Notes under the pieces: generated by a model
The model's database searches: none
What the model saw: the letters and a program-made list of their open reading frames with translations, nothing else
Told to the model about the DNA's origin: nothing
In this document: piece after piece, positions 29,101 through 44,200 of the stretch
Position numbering within the stretch: position 1 is the stretch's first letter
Layout: every line of letters starts with the position of its first letter
Translations under genes and position numbers: made by a program
Assembly: GCA_964016885.1 (NCBI GenBank)
Contig: OZ024741.1
Location: forward strand, 312,604,001-312,668,000
Source of the DNA: Eledone cirrhosa
Lineage: Eukaryota
DNA length: 64,000 bases
Reading direction: 5' to 3'

Positions 29101-30030
29101 TCTGTGTCACGTGATTGATTCATTGCCTGGAGACTTAGCTGAGAATAGACTCCCTGATGACGCAATGAATTCTCGACAGTTAGATTACGTAACTGTCTTC
29201 ATCCCATTGCAGAAACTAATTAGTTGGAGTGAAAATTTAAGTAAGTAAGTTAAAATTTAAAAAAAAAACTTTTTTAAAGGATTTTCTTATTTTACGTCTT
29301 CTGTATTATTGTTCTGCATCCTCCTGCATTGAACCACCTAGGTACTATGACATAACCTGTGTATTTGCTGGCATTAGCGTACATCTGTGCGCTTATGTTA
29401 GTTGATATATTAAATTATCTATATTTATCTCCAAATCACTGATTTGTCGAGCAAACCTGCCAAAACCACTTTTAAATTTTTTTTGGGGGTGTTAATAGGC
29501 GTCTGTCATCTTACCATCCCATTCCTACTGACTAGCCTCTGTGTCACGTGATTGATTCTTTAGAATCGGCCATTTGACTAGAGGCAGTGAGGACTTCAGT
29601 GCATGGAATTCAGTCCCCGCTAGCTGTTCCATCTACCGAATTATTATTATTTTTATATGAGCCCCCAGTGTCCGCGCATTGCCTGGAGACTTAGCTGAGA
29701 ATAGACTCCCTGTTGACGCAATGAATTCTCGACAGTTAGATTACGTAACTGTCTTTATCCCATTGCAGAAACTAATTAGTTGGAGTGAAAATTTAAGTAA
29801 GTAAGTTAAAATTTAAAAAAAAAAACATTTTTTAAAGGATTTTCTTATTTTACGTCTTCTAGATTATTGTTCTGCATCCTCCTGCATTGAACCACCTTGG
29901 TACTATGACATAACCTGTGTATTTGCTGGCATTAGCGTACATCTGTGCGCTTATGTTAGTTGATATATTAAATTATCTATATTTATCTCCAAATCACTGA
30001 TTTGTCGAGCAAACCTGCCAAAACCACTTC
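15900..30030 (+). repeat. Higher-order tandem duplication: 2 x 7001 bp (13 monomers, two of them deletion variants)
   Basis: Private variants recur at exactly +7001: ORF-track 18465/25466, deletion junctions 20566/27567 and 22120/29121, CTAGACTCTGTGTCACCTG near 16088/23089. Boundaries are approximate. Confidence 0.9.
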
Positions 30031-33000
30031 TAAATTTTTTTGGGGGGGTGTTAGTAGGCGTCTGTCATCTTACCATCCCATTCCTACTGACTAGCCTCTG
30101 TGTCACGTGATTGATTCTTTAGAATCGGCCATTTGACTAGAGGCAGTGAGGATTTCAGTGCATGGAATTTAGTCCCCGCTAGCTGTTCCATCTACCGAAT
30201 TATTATTATTTTTATATGAGCCCCCAGTGTCCGCGCATTGCCTGGAGACTTAGCTGAGAATAGACTCCCTGTTGACGCAATGAATTCTCGACAGTTAGAT
30301 TACATAACTGTCTTTATCCCATTGCAGAAACTAATTAGCTGGAGTGAAAATTTAAGTAAGTAAGTTAAAATTAAAAAAAACAAAATTTTTTTAAAGGATT
30401 TTCTTAAATTACGTCTTCTATATTATTGTTCTGCATCCTCCTGCATTGAACCACCTACGTACTATGACATAACCTGTGTATTTGCTGGCATTAGCGTACA
30501 TCTGTGCGCTTATGTTAGTTGATATATTAAATTATCTATATTTATCTCCAAATCACTGATTTGTCGAGCAAACCTGCCAAAACCACTTCTAAATTTTTTT
30601 TGGGGGTGTTTGTAGGCGTCTGTCATCTTACCATCCCATTCCTACTGACTAGACTCTGTGTCACGTGATTGATTCTTTAGAATCGGCCATTTGACTAGAG
30701 GCAGCGAGGATTTCAGTGCATGGAATTTAGTCCCCGCTAGCTGTTCCATCTACCGAATTATTATTATTTTTATATGAGCCCCCAGTGTCCGCGCATTGCC
30801 TGGAGACTTAGCTGAGAATAGACTCCCTGATGACGCAATGAATTCTCGACAGTTAGATTACGTAACTGTCTTCATCCCATTGCAGAAACTAATTAGTTGG
30901 AGTGAAAATTTAAGTAAGTAAGTTAAAATTAAAAAAAAAAACTTTTTTAAAGGATTTTCTTATTTTACGTCTTCTATATTATTGTTCTGCATCCTCCTGC
31001 ATTGAACCACCTAGGTACTATGACATAACCTGTGTATTTGCTGGCATTAGCGTACATCTGTGCGCTTATGTTAGTTGATATATTAAATTATCTATATTTA
31101 TCTCCAAATCACTGATTTGTCGAGCAAACCTGCCAAAACCACTTCTAAATTTTTTTGGGGGGTGTTAATAGGCGTCTGTCATCTTACCATCCCATTCCTA
31201 CTGACTAGCCTCTGTGTCACGTGATTGATTCTTTAGAATCGGCCATTTGACTAGAGGCAGTGAGGACTTCAGTGCATGGAATTCTGTCCCCGCTAGCTGT
31301 TCCATCTACCGAATTATTATTATTTTTATATGATCCCCCAGTGTCCGCGCATTGCCTGGAGACTTAGCTGAGAATAGACTCCCTGATGACGCAATGAATT
31401 CTCGACAGTTAGATTACGTAACTGTCTTTATCCCATTGCAGAAACTAATTAGTTGGAGTGAAAATTTAAGTAAGTAAGATAAAATTTAAAAAAAAAAACA
31501 TTTTTTAAAGGATTTTCTCATTTTACGTCTTCTATATTATTGTTCTGCATCCTCCTGCATTGAACCACCTAGGTACTATGACATAACCTGTGTATTTGCT
31601 GGCATTAGCGTACATCTGTGCGCTTATGTTAGTTGATATATTAAATTATCTATATTTATCTCCAAATCACTGATTTGTCGAGCAAACCTGCCAAAACCAC
31701 TTCTAAATTTTTTTGGGGGGGTGTTAGTAGGCGTCTGTCATCTTACCATCCCATTCCTACTGACTAGCCTCTGTGTCACGTGATTGATTCTTTAGAATCG
31801 GCCATTTGACTAGAGGCAGTGAGGATTTCAGTGCATGGAATTTAGTCCCCGCTAGCTGTTCCATCTACCGAATTATTATTATTTTTATATGAGCCCCCAG
31901 TGTCCGCGCATTGCCTGGAGACTTAGCTGAGAATAGACTCCCTGTTGACGCAATGAATTCTCGACAGTTTGATTACGTAACTGTCTTTATCCCATTGCAG
32001 AACCTAATTAGTTGGAGTGAAAATTTAAGTAAGTAAGTTAAAATTAAAAAAAAAAACATTTTTTAAAGGATTTTCTTATTTTACGTCTTCTATATTATTG
32101 TTCTGCATCCTCCTGCATTGAACCACCTAGGTACTATGACATAACCTGTGTATTTGCTGGCATTAGCGTACATCTGTGCGGTTATGTTAGTTGATATATT
32201 AAATTATCTATATTTATCTCCAAATCACTGATTTGTCGAGCAAACCTGCCAAAACCACTTCTAAATTTTTTTGGGGGGGTGTTAGTAGGCGTCTGTCATC
32301 TTACCATCCCATTCCTACTGACTAGCCTCTGTGTCACGTGATTGATTCTTTAGAATCGGCCATTTGACTAGAGGCAGTGAGGATTTCAGTGCATGGAATT
32401 TAGTCCCCGCTAGCTGTTCCATCTACCGAATTATTATTATTTTTATATGAGCCCCCAGTGTCCGCGCATTGCCTGGCGACTTAGCTGAGAATAGACTCCC
32501 TGATGACGCAATGAATTCTCGACAGTTAGAATACGTAACTGTCTTTATCCCATTGCAGAAACTAATTAGTTGGAGTGAAAATTTAAGTAAGAAGTTAAAA
32601 TTTAAAAAAAACACATTTTTTAAAGAATTTTCTTATTTTACGTCTTCTAGATTATTGTTCTGCATCCTCCTGCATTGAACCACCTTGGTACTATGACATA
32701 ACCTGTGTATTTGCTGGCATTAGCGTACATCTGTGCGCTTATGTTAGTTGATATATTAAATTATCTATATTTATCTCCAAATCACTGATTTGTCGAGCAA
32801 ACCTGCCAAAACCACTTCTAAATTTTTTTGGGGGGGTGTTAGTAGGCGTCTGTCATCTTACCATCCCAATCCTACTGACTAGCCTCTGTGTCACGTGATT
32901 GATTCTTTAGAATCGGCCATTTGACTAGAGGCAGTGAGGATTTCAGTGCATGGAATTTAGTCCCCGCTAGCTGTTCCATCTACCGAATTATTATTATTTT

Positions 33001-33199
33001 CATATGAGCCCCCAGTGTCCGCGCATTGCCTGGAGACTTAGCTGAGAATAGACTCCCTGTTGACGCAATGAATTCTCGACAGTTAGATTACGTAACTGTC
33101 TTTATCCCATTGCAGAAACTAATTAGTTGGAGTGAAAATTTAAGTAAGTAAGTTAAAATTTAAAAAAAAAACATTTTTTAAAGGATTTTCTTATTTTAC

Positions 33200-36100
33200 G
33201 TCTTCTATATTATTGTTCTGCATCCTCCTGCATTGAACCACCTAGGTACTATGACATAACCTGTCTATTTGCTGGCATTAGCGTACATCTGTGCGCTTAT
33301 GTTAGTTGATATATTAAATTATCTATATTTATCTCCAAATCACTGATTTGTCGAGCAAACCTGCCAAAACCACTTCTAAATTTTTTTTGGGGGTGTTTGT
33401 AGGCGTCTGTCATCTTACCATCCCATTCCTACTGACTAGACTCTGTGTCACGTGATTGATTCTTTAGAATCGGCCATTTGACTAGAGGCAGCGAGGATTT
33501 CAGTGCATGGAATTTAGTCCCCGCTAGCTGTTCCATCTACCGAATTATTATTATTTTTATATGAGCCCCCAGTGTCCGCGCATTGCCTGGAGACTTAGCT
33601 GAGAATAGACTCCCTGATGACGCAATGAATTCTCGACAGTTAGATTACGTAACTGTCTTCATCCCATTGCAGAAACTAATTAGTTGGAGTGAAAATTTAA
33701 GTAAGTAAGTTAAAATTTAAAAAAAAAACTTTTTTAAAGGATTTTCTTATTTTACGTCTTCTATATTATTGTTCTGCATCCTCCTGCATTGAACCACCTA
33801 GGTACTATGACATAACCTGTGTATTTGCTGGCATTAGCGTACATCTGTGCGCTTATGTTAGTTGATATATTAAATTATCTATATTTATCTCCAAATCACT
33901 GATTTGTCGAGCAAACCTGCCAAAACCACTTCTAAATTATTTTTTTGGGGGGTGTTAGTATCCGTCTGTCATCTTACCATCCCATTCCTACTGACTAGCC
34001 TCTGTGTCACGTGATTGATTCTTTAGAATCGGCCATTTGACTAGAGGCAGTGAGGACTTCAGTGCATGGAATTCAGTCCCCGCTAGCTGTTCCATCTACC
34101 GAATTATTATTATTTTTATATGAGCCCCCAGTGTCCGCGCATTGCCTGGAGACTTAGCTGAGAATAGACTCCCTGTTGACGCAATGAATTCTCGACAGTT
34201 AGATTACGTAACTGTCTTTATCCCATTGCAGAAACTAATTAGTTGGAGTGAAAATTTAAGTAAGTAAGTTAAAATTTAAAAAAACAACATTTTTTAAAGG
34301 ATTTTCTTATTTTACGTCTTCTAGATTATTGTTCTGCATCCTCCTGCATTGAACCACCTTGGTACTATGACATAACCTGTGTATTTGCTGGCATTAGCGT
34401 ACATCTGTGCGCTTATGTTAGTTGATATATTAAATTATCTATATTTATCTCAAAATCACTGATTTGTCGAGCAAACCTGCCAAAACCACTTCTAAATTTT
34501 TTTGGGGGGGTGTTAGTAGGCGTCTGTCATCTTACCATCCCAATCCTACTGACTAGCCTCTGTGTCACGTGATTGATTCTTTAGAATCGGCCATTTGACT
34601 AGAGGCAGTGAGGATTTCAGTGCATGGAATTTAGTCCCCGCTAGCTGTTCCATCTACCGAATTATTATTATTTTTATATGAGCCGCCAGTGTCCGCGCAT
34701 TGCCTGGAGACTTAGCTGAGAATAGACTCCCTGTTGACGCAATGAATTCTCGACAGTTAGATTACGTAACTGTCTTTATCCCATTGCAGAAACTAATTAG
34801 TTGGAGTGAAAATTTAAGTAAGTAAGTTAAAATTTAAAAAAAAAACATTTTTTAAAGGATTTTCTCATTTTACGTCTTCTATATTATTGTTCTGCATCCT
34901 CCTGCATTGAACCACCTAGGTACTATGACATAACCTGTGTATTTGCTGGCATTAGCGTACATCTGTGCGGTTATGTTAGTTGATATATTAAATTATCTAT
35001 ATTTATCTCCAAATCACTGATTTGTCGAGCAAACCTGCCAAAACCACTTCTAAATTTTTTTGGGGGGGTGTTAGTAGGCGTCTGTCATCTTACCATCCCA
35101 TTCCTACTGACTAGCCTCTGTGTCACGTGATTGATTCTTTAGAATCGGCCATTTGACTAGAGGCAGTGAGGATTTCAGTGCATGGAATTTAGTCCCCGCT
35201 AGCTGTTCCATCTACCGAATTATTATTATTTTTATATGAGCCCCCAGTGTCCGCGCATTGCCTGGCGACTTAGCTGAGAATAGACTCCCTGATGACGCAA
35301 TGAATTCTCGACAGTTAGAATACGTAACTGTCTTTATCCCATTGCAGAAACTAATTAGTTGGAGTGAAAATTTAAGTAAGAAGTTAAAATTTAAAAAAAA
35401 CAACTTTTTTTAAAGGATTTTTTTATTTTACGTCTTCTATATTATTGTTCTGCATCCTCCTGCATTGAACCACCTAGGTACTATGACATAACCTGTGTAT
35501 TTGCTGGCATTAGCGTATATCTGTGCGCTTATGTTAGTTGATATATTAAATTATCTATATTTATCTCCAAATCACTGATTTGTCGAGCAAACCTGCCAAA
35601 ACCACTTCTAAATTTTTTTTGGGGGTGTTAGTAGGCGTCTGTCATCTTACCATCCCATTCCTACTGACTAGCCTCTGTGTCACGTGATTGATTCTTTAGA
35701 ATCGGCCATTTGACTAGAGGCAGTGAGGATTTCAGTGCATGGAATTCAGTCCCCGCTAGCTGTTCCATCTACCGAATTATTATTATTTTTATATGAGCCC
35801 CCAGTGTCCGCGCATTGCCTGGAGACTTAGCTGAGAATAGACTCCCTGATGACGCAATGAATTCTCGACAGTTAGATTACGTAACTGTCTTTATCCCATT
35901 GCAGAAACTAATTAGCTGGAGTGAAAATTTAAGTAAGTTAAAATTAAAAAAAACAAAATTTTTTTAAAGGATTTTCTTAAATTACGTCTTCTATATTATT
36001 GTTCTGCATCCTCCTGCATTGAACCACCTAGGTACTATGACATAACCTGTCTATTTGCTGGCATTAGCGTACATCTGTGCGCTTATGTTAGTTGATATAT

Positions 36101-38515
36101 TAAATTATCTATATTTATCTCCAAATCACTGATTTGTCGAGCAAACCTGCCAAAACCACTTCTAAATTTTTTTTGGGGGTGTTTGTAGGCGTCTGTCATC
36201 TTACCATCCCATTCCTACTGACTAGACTCTGTGTCACGTGATTGATTCTTTAGAATCGGCCATTTGACTAGAGGCAGCGAGGATTTCAGTGCATGGAATT
36301 TAGTCCCCGCTAGCTGTTCCATCTACCGAATTATTATTATTTTTATATGAGCCCCCAGTGTCCGCGCATTGCCTGGAGACTTAGCTGAGAATAGACTCCC
36401 TGATGACGCAATGAATTCTCGACAGTTAGATTACGTAACTGTCTTCATCCCATTGCAGAAACTAATTAGTTGGAGTGAAAATTTAAGTAAGTAAGTTAAA
36501 ATTTAAAAAAAAAACTTTTTTAAAGGATTTTCTTATTTTACGTCTTCTATATTATTGTTCTGCATCCTCCTGCATTGAACCACCTAGGTACTATGACATA
36601 ACCTGTGTATTTGCTGGCATTAGCGTACATCTGTGCGCTTATGTTAGTTGATATATTAAATTATCTATATTTATCTCCAAATCACTGATTTGTCGAGCAA
36701 ACCTGCCAAAACCACTTCTAAATTATTTTTTTGGGGGGTGTTAGTATCCGTCTGTCATCTTACCATCCCATTCCTACTGACTAGCCTCTGTGTCACGTGA
36801 TTGATTCTTTAGAATCGGCCATTTGACTAGAGGCAGTGAGGACTTCAGTGCATGGAATTCAGTCCCCGCTAGCTGTTCCATCTACCGAATTATTATTATT
36901 TTTATATGAGCCCCCAGTGTCCGCGCATTGCCTGGAGACTTAGCTGAGAATAGACTCCCTGTTGACGCAATGAATTCTCGACAGTTAGATTACGTAACTG
37001 TCTTTATCCCATTGCAGAAACTAATTAGTTGGAGTGAAAATTTAAGTAAGTAAGTTAAAATTTAAAAAAACAACATTTTTTAAAGGATTTTCTTATTTTA
37101 CGTCTTCTAGATTATTGTTCTGCATCCTCCTGCATTGAACCACCTTGGTACTATGACATAACCTGTGTATTTGCTGGCATTAGCGTACATCTGTGCGCTT
37201 ATGTTAGTTGATATATTAAATTATCTATATTTATCTCAAAATCACTGATTTGTCGAGCAAACCTGCCAAAACCACTTCTAAATTTTTTTGGGGGGGGTGT
37301 TAGTAGGCGTCTGTCATCTTACCATCCCAATCCTACTGACTAGCCTCTGTGTCACGTGATTGATTCTTTAGAATCGGCCATTTGACTAGAGGCAGTGAGG
37401 ATTTCAGTGCATGGAATTTAGTCCCCGCTAGCTGTTCCATCTACCGAATTATTATTATTTTTATATGAGCCGCCAGTGTCCGCGCATTGCCTGGAGACTT
37501 AGCTGAGAATAGACTCCCTGTTGACGCAATGAATTCTCGACAGTTAGATTACGTAACTGTCTTTATCCCATTGCAGAAACTAATTAGTTGGAGTGAAAAT
37601 TTAAGTAAGTAAGTTAAAATTTAAAAAAAAAACATTTTTTAAAGGATTTTCTCATTTTACGTCTTCTATATTATTGTTCTGCATCCTCCTGCATTGAACC
37701 ACCTAGGTACTATGACATAACCTGTGTATTTGCTGGCATTAGCGTACATCTGTGCGGTTATGTTAGTTGATATATTAAATTATCTATATTTATCTCCAAA
37801 TCACTGATTTGTCGAGCAAACCTGCCAAAACCACTTCTAAATTTTTTTTGGGGGGTGTTAGTAGGCGTCTGTCATCTTACCATCCCATTCCTACTGACTA
37901 GCCTCTGTGTCACGTGATTGATTCTTTAGAATCGGCCATTTGACTAGAGGCAGTGAGGATTTCAGTGCATGGAATTTAGTCCCCGCTAGCTGTTCCATCT
38001 ACCGAATTATTATTATTTTTATATGAGCCCCCAGTGTCCGCGCATTGCCTGGCGACTTAGCTGAGAATAGACTCCCTGATGACGCAATGAATTCTCGACA
38101 GTTAGAATACGTAACTGTCTTTATCCCATTGCAGAAACTAATTAGTTGGAGTGAAAATTTAAGTAAGAAGTTAAAATTTAAAAAAAACAACTTTTTTTAA
38201 AGGATTTTTTTATTTTACGTCTTCTATATTATTGTTCTGCATCCTCCTGCATTGAACCACCTAGGTACTATGACATAACCTGTGTATTTGCTGGCATTAG
38301 CGTATATCTGTGCGCTTATGTTAGTTGATATATTAAATTATCTATATTTATCTCCAAATCACTGATTTGTCGAGCAAACCTGCCAAAACCACTTCTAAAT
38401 TTTTTTTGGGGGTGTTAGTAGGCGTCTGTCATCTTACCATCCCATTCCTACTGACTAGCCTCTGTGTCACGTGATTGATTCTTTAGAATCGGCCATTTGA
38501 CTAGAGGCAGTGAGG
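33200..38515 (+). repeat. Higher-order duplication with 5-monomer period (~2787 bp)
   Basis: CTGTCTATTT, AAATTATTTTT..GTATCCG, CTCAAAATC, GAGCCGCC and CTGGCGAC recur at +2786-2787. ORF-track 35212/37999 shows the same offset. Confidence 0.85.
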
Positions 38516-41249
38516 ACTTCAGTGCATGGAATTCAGTCCCCGCTAGCTGTTCCATCTACCGAATTATTATTATTTTTATATGTGCCCCCAGCGTCCGCGC
38601 ATTGCCTGGAGACTTAGCTGAGAATAGACTCCCTGTTGACGCAATGAATTCTCGACAGTTAGATTACGTAACTGTCTTTATCCCATTGCAGAAACTAATT
38701 AGTTGGAGTGAAAATTTAAGTAAGTAAGTTAAATTTAAAAAAAAAAACATTTTTTAAAGGATTTTCTTATTTTACGTCTTCTAGATTATTGTTCTGCATC
38801 CTCCTGCATTGAACCACCTTGGTACTATGACATAACCTGTGTATTTGCTGGCATTAGCGTACATCTGTGCGCTTATGTTAGTTGATATATTAAATTATCT
38901 ATATTTATCTCCAAATCACTGATTTGTCGAGCAAACCTGCCAAAACCACTTCTAAATTTTTTTTGGGGGGTGTTAGTAGGCGTCTGTCATCTTACCATCC
39001 CATTCCTACTCACTAGCCTCTGTGTCACGTGATTGATTCTTTAGAATCGGCCATTTGACTAGAGGCAGTGAGGATTTCAGTGCATGGAATTTAGTCCCCG
39101 CTAGCTGTTCCATCTACCGAATTATTATTATTTTTATATGAGCCCCCAGTGTCCGCGCATTGCCTGGAGACTTAGCTGAGAATAGACTCCCTGTGGACGC
39201 AATGAATTCTCGACAGTTAGATTACGTAACTGTCTTTATCCCATTGCAGAAACTAATTAGTTGGAGTTAAAATTTAAGTAAGTAAGTTAAAATTTAAAAA
39301 AAAAACATTTTTTAAAGGATTTTCTTATTTTACGTCTTCTATATTATTGTTCTGCATCCTCCTGCATTGAACCACCTAGGTACTATGACATAACCTGTGT
39401 ATTTGCTGGCATTAGCGTACATCTGTGCGGTTATGTTAGTTGATATATTAAATTATTTATATTTATCTCCAAATCACTGATTTGTCGAGCAAACCTGCCA
39501 AAACCACTTCTAAATTTTTTTGGGGGGGGTGTTAGTAGGCGTCTGTCATCTTACCATCCCATTCCTACTGACTAGCCTCTGTGTCACGTGATTGATTCTT
39601 TAGAATCGGCCATTTGACTAGAGGCAGTGAGGATTTCAGTGCATGGAATTTAGTCCCCGCTAGCTGTTCCATCTACCGAATTATTATTATTTTTATATGA
39701 GCCCCCAGTGTCCGCGCATTGCCTGGAGACTTAGCTGAGAATAGACTCCCTGATGACGCAATGAATTCTCGACAGTTAGAATACGTAACTGTCTTTATCC
39801 CATTGCAGAAACTAATTAGTTGGAGTGAAAATTTAAGTAAGAAGTTAAAATTTAAAAAAAACAACTTTTTTTAAAGGATTTTTTTATTTTACGTCTTCTA
39901 TATTACTGTTCTGCATCCTCCTGCATTGAACCACCTAGGTACTATGACATAACCTGTGTATTTGCTGGCATTAGCGTATATCTGTGCGCTTATGTTAGTT
40001 GATATATTAAATTATCTATATTTATCTCCAAATCAATGATTTGTCGAGCAAACCTGCCAAAACCACTTCTAAATTTTTTTTGGGGGTGTTAGTAGGCGTC
40101 TGTCATCTTACCATCCCATTCCTACTGACTAGCCTCTGTGTCACGTGATTGATTCTTTAGAATCGGCCATTTGACTAGAGGCAGTGAGGATTTCAGTGCA
40201 TGGAATTCAGTCCCCGCTAGCTGTTCCATCTACCGAATTATTATTATTTTTATATGAGCCCCCAGTGTCCGCGCATTGCCTGGAGACTTAGCTGAGAATA
40301 GACTCCCTGATGACGCAATGAATTCTCGACAGTTAGATTACGTAACTGTCTTTATCCCATTGCAGAATATAATTAGCTGGAGTGAAAATTTAAGTAAGTT
40401 AAAATTAAAAAAAAACAAAATTTTTTTAAAGGATTTTCTTAAATTACGTCTTCTATATTATTGTTCTGCATCCTCCTGCATTGAACCACCTAGGTACTAT
40501 GACATAACCTGTGTATTTGCTGGCATTAGCGTACATCTGTGCGCTTATGTTAGTTGATATATTAAATTATCTATATTTATCTCCAAATCACTGATTTGTC
40601 GAGCAAACCTGCCAAAACCACTTCTAAATTTTTTTGGGGGGTGTTTGTAGGCGTCTGTCATCTTACCATCCCATTCCTACTGACTAGACTCTGTGTCACG
40701 TGATTGATTCTTTAGAATCGGCCATTTGCCTAGAGGCAGCGAGGATTTCAGTGCATGGAATTTAGTCCCCGCTAGCTGTTCCATCTACCGAATTATTATT
40801 ATTTTTATATGAGCCCCCAGTGTCCGCGCATTGCCTGGAGACTTAGCTGAGAATAGACTCCCTGTTGACGCAATGAATTCTCGACAGTTAGATTACGTAA
40901 CTGTCTTTATCCCATTGCAGAAACTAATTAGTTGGAGTGAAAATTTAAGTAAGTAAGTTAAAATTTAAAAAAAAAACATTTTTTAAAGGATTTTCTTATT
41001 TTACGTCTTCTAGATTATTGTTCTGCATCCTCCTGCATTGAACCACCTTGGTACTATGACATAACCTGTGTATTTGCTGGCATTAGCGTACATCTGCGCG
41101 CTTATGTTAGTTGATATATTAAATTATCTATATTTATCTCCAAATCACTGATTTGTCGAGCAAACCTGCCAAAACCACTTCTAAATTTTTTTTGGGGGGT
41201 GTTAGTAGGCGTCTGTCATCTTACCATCCCATTCCTACTGACTAGCCTC

Positions 41250-44200
41250 TGTGTCACGTGATTGATTCTTTAGAATCGGCCATTTGACTAGAGGCAGTGA
41301 GGACTTCAGTGCATGGAATTTAGTCCCCGCTAGCTGTTCCATCTACCGAATTATTATTATTTTTAAATGAGCCCCCAGTGTCCGCGCATTGCCTGGAGAC
41401 TTAGCTGAGAATAGACTCCCTGTTGACGCAATGAATTCTCGACAGTTAGATTACGTAACTGTCTTTATCCCATTGCAGAAACTAATTAGTTGGAGTGAAA
41501 ATTTAAGTAAGTAAGCTAAAATTTAAAAAAAAAAACATTTTTTAAAGGATTTTCTTATTTTACGTCTTCTATATTATTGTTCTGCATCCTCCTGCATTGA
41601 ACCACCTAGGTACTATGACATAACCTGTGTATTTGCTGGCATTAGCGTACATCTGTGCGCTTATGTTAGTTGATATATTAAATTATCTATATTTATCTCC
41701 AAATCACTGATTTGTCGAGCAAACCTGCCAAAACCACTTCTAAATTTTTTTTGGGGGGTGTTAGTAGGCGTCTGTCATCTTACCATCCCATTCCTACTGA
41801 CTAGCCTCTGTGTCACGTGATTGATTCTTTAGAATCGGCCATTTGACTAGAGGCAGTGAGGATTTCAGTGCATGGAATTTAGTCCCCGCTAGCTGTTCCA
41901 TCTACCGAATTATTATTATTTTTATATGAGCCCCCAGTGTCCGCGCATTGCCTGGAGACTTAGCTGAGAATAGACTCCCTGATGACGCAATGAATTCTCG
42001 ACAGTTAGAATACGTAACTGTCTTTATCCCATTGCAGAAACTAATTAGTTGGAGTGAAAATTTAAGTAGGAAGTTAAAATTAAAAAAAAACAACTTTTTT
42101 TAAAGGATTTTCTTATTTTACGTCTTCTATATTATTGTTCTGCATCCTCCTGCATTGAACCACCTAGGTACTATGACATAACCTGTGTATTTGCTGGCAT
42201 TAGCGTACATCTGTGCGCTTATGTTAGTTGATATATTAAATTATCTATATTTATCTCCAAATCACTGATTTGTCGAGCAAACCTGCCAAAACCACTTCTA
42301 AATTTTTTTTGGGGGTGTTAGTAGGCGTCTGTCATCTTACCATCCCATTCCTACTGACTAGCCTCTGTGTCACGTGATTGATTCTTTAGAATCGGCCATT
42401 TGACTAGAGGCAGTGAGGATTTCAGTGCATGGAATTCAGTCCCCGCTAGCTGTTCCATCTACCGAATTATTATTATTTTTATATGAGCCCCCAGTGTCCG
42501 CGCATTGCCTGGAGACTTAGCTGAGAATAGACTCCCTGATGACGCAATGAATTCTCGACAGTTAGATTACGTAACTGTCTTTATCCCATTGCAGAAACTA
42601 ATTAGCTGGAGTGAAAATTTAAGTAAGTAAGTTAAAATTAAAAAAAACAAAATTTTTTTAAAGGATTTTCTTAAATTACGTCTTCTATATTATTGTTCTG
42701 CATCCTCCTGCATTGAACCACCTAGGTACTATGACATAACCTGTGTATTTGCTGGCATTAGCGTACATCTGTGCGCTTATGTTAGTTGATATATTAAATT
42801 ATCTATATTTATCTCCAAATCACTGATTTGTCGAGCAAACCTGCCAAAACCACTTCTAATTTTTTTGGGGGGGTGTTTCTAGGCGTCTGTCATCTTACCA
42901 TCCCATTCCTACTGACTAGACTCTGTGTCACGTGATTGATTCTTTAGAATCGGCCATTTGACTAGAGGTAGCGAGGATTTCAGTGCATGGAATTTAGTCC
43001 CCGCTAGCTGTTCCATCTACCGAATTATTATTATTTTTATATGAGCCCCCAGTGTCCGCGCATTGCCTGGAGACTTAGCTGAGAATAGACTCCCTGATGA
43101 CGCAATGAATTCTCGACAGTTAGATTACGTAAATGTCTTCATCCCATTGCAGAAACTAATTAGTTGGAGTGAAAATTTAAGTAAGTAAGTTAAAATTTTA
43201 AAAAAAAACTTTTTTAAAGGATTTTCTTATTTTACGTCTTCTATATTATTGTTCTGCATCCTCCTGCATTGAACCACCTAGGTACTATGACATAACCTGT
43301 GTATTTGCTGGCATTAGCGTACATCTGTGCGCTTATGTTAGTTGATATATTAAATTATCTATATTTATCTCCAAATCACTGATTTGTCGAGCAAACCTGC
43401 CAAAACCACTTCTAAATATTTTTGGGGGGTGTTAGTAGGCGTCTGTCATCTTACCATCCCATTCCTACTGACTAGCCTATGTGTCACGTGATTGATTCTT
43501 TAGAATCGGCCATTTGACTAGAGGCAGTGAGGACTTCAGTGCATGGAATTTAGTCCCCGCTAGCTGTTCCATCTACCGAATTATTATTATTTTTAAATGA
43601 GCCCCCAGTGTCCGCGCATTGCCTGGAGACTTAGCTGAGAATAGACTCCCTGTTGACGCAATGAATTCTCGACAGTTAGATTACGTAACTGTCTTTATCC
43701 CATTGCAGAAACTAATTAGTTGGAGTGAAAATTTAAGTAAGTAAGCTAAAATTTAAAAAAAAAAACATTTTTTAAAGGATTTTCTTATTTTACGTCTTCT
43801 ATATTATTGTTCTGCATCCTCCTGCATTGAACCACCTAGGTACTATGACATAACCTGTGTATTTGCTGGCATTAGCGTACATCTGTGCGCTTATGTTAGT
43901 TGATATATTAAATTATCTATATTTATCTCCAAATCACTGATTTGTCGAGCAAACCTGCCAAAACCACTTCTAAATTTTTTTTGGGGGGTGTTAGTAGGCG
44001 TCTGTCATCTTACCATCCCATTCCTACTGACTAGCCTCTGTGTCACGTGATTGATTCTTTAGAATCGGCCATTTGACTAGAGGCAGTGAGGATTTCAGTG
44101 CATGGAATTTAGTCCCCGCTAGCTGTTCCATCTACCGAATTATTATTATTTTTATATGAGCCCCCAGTGTCCGCGCATTGCCTGGAGACTTAGCTGAGAA

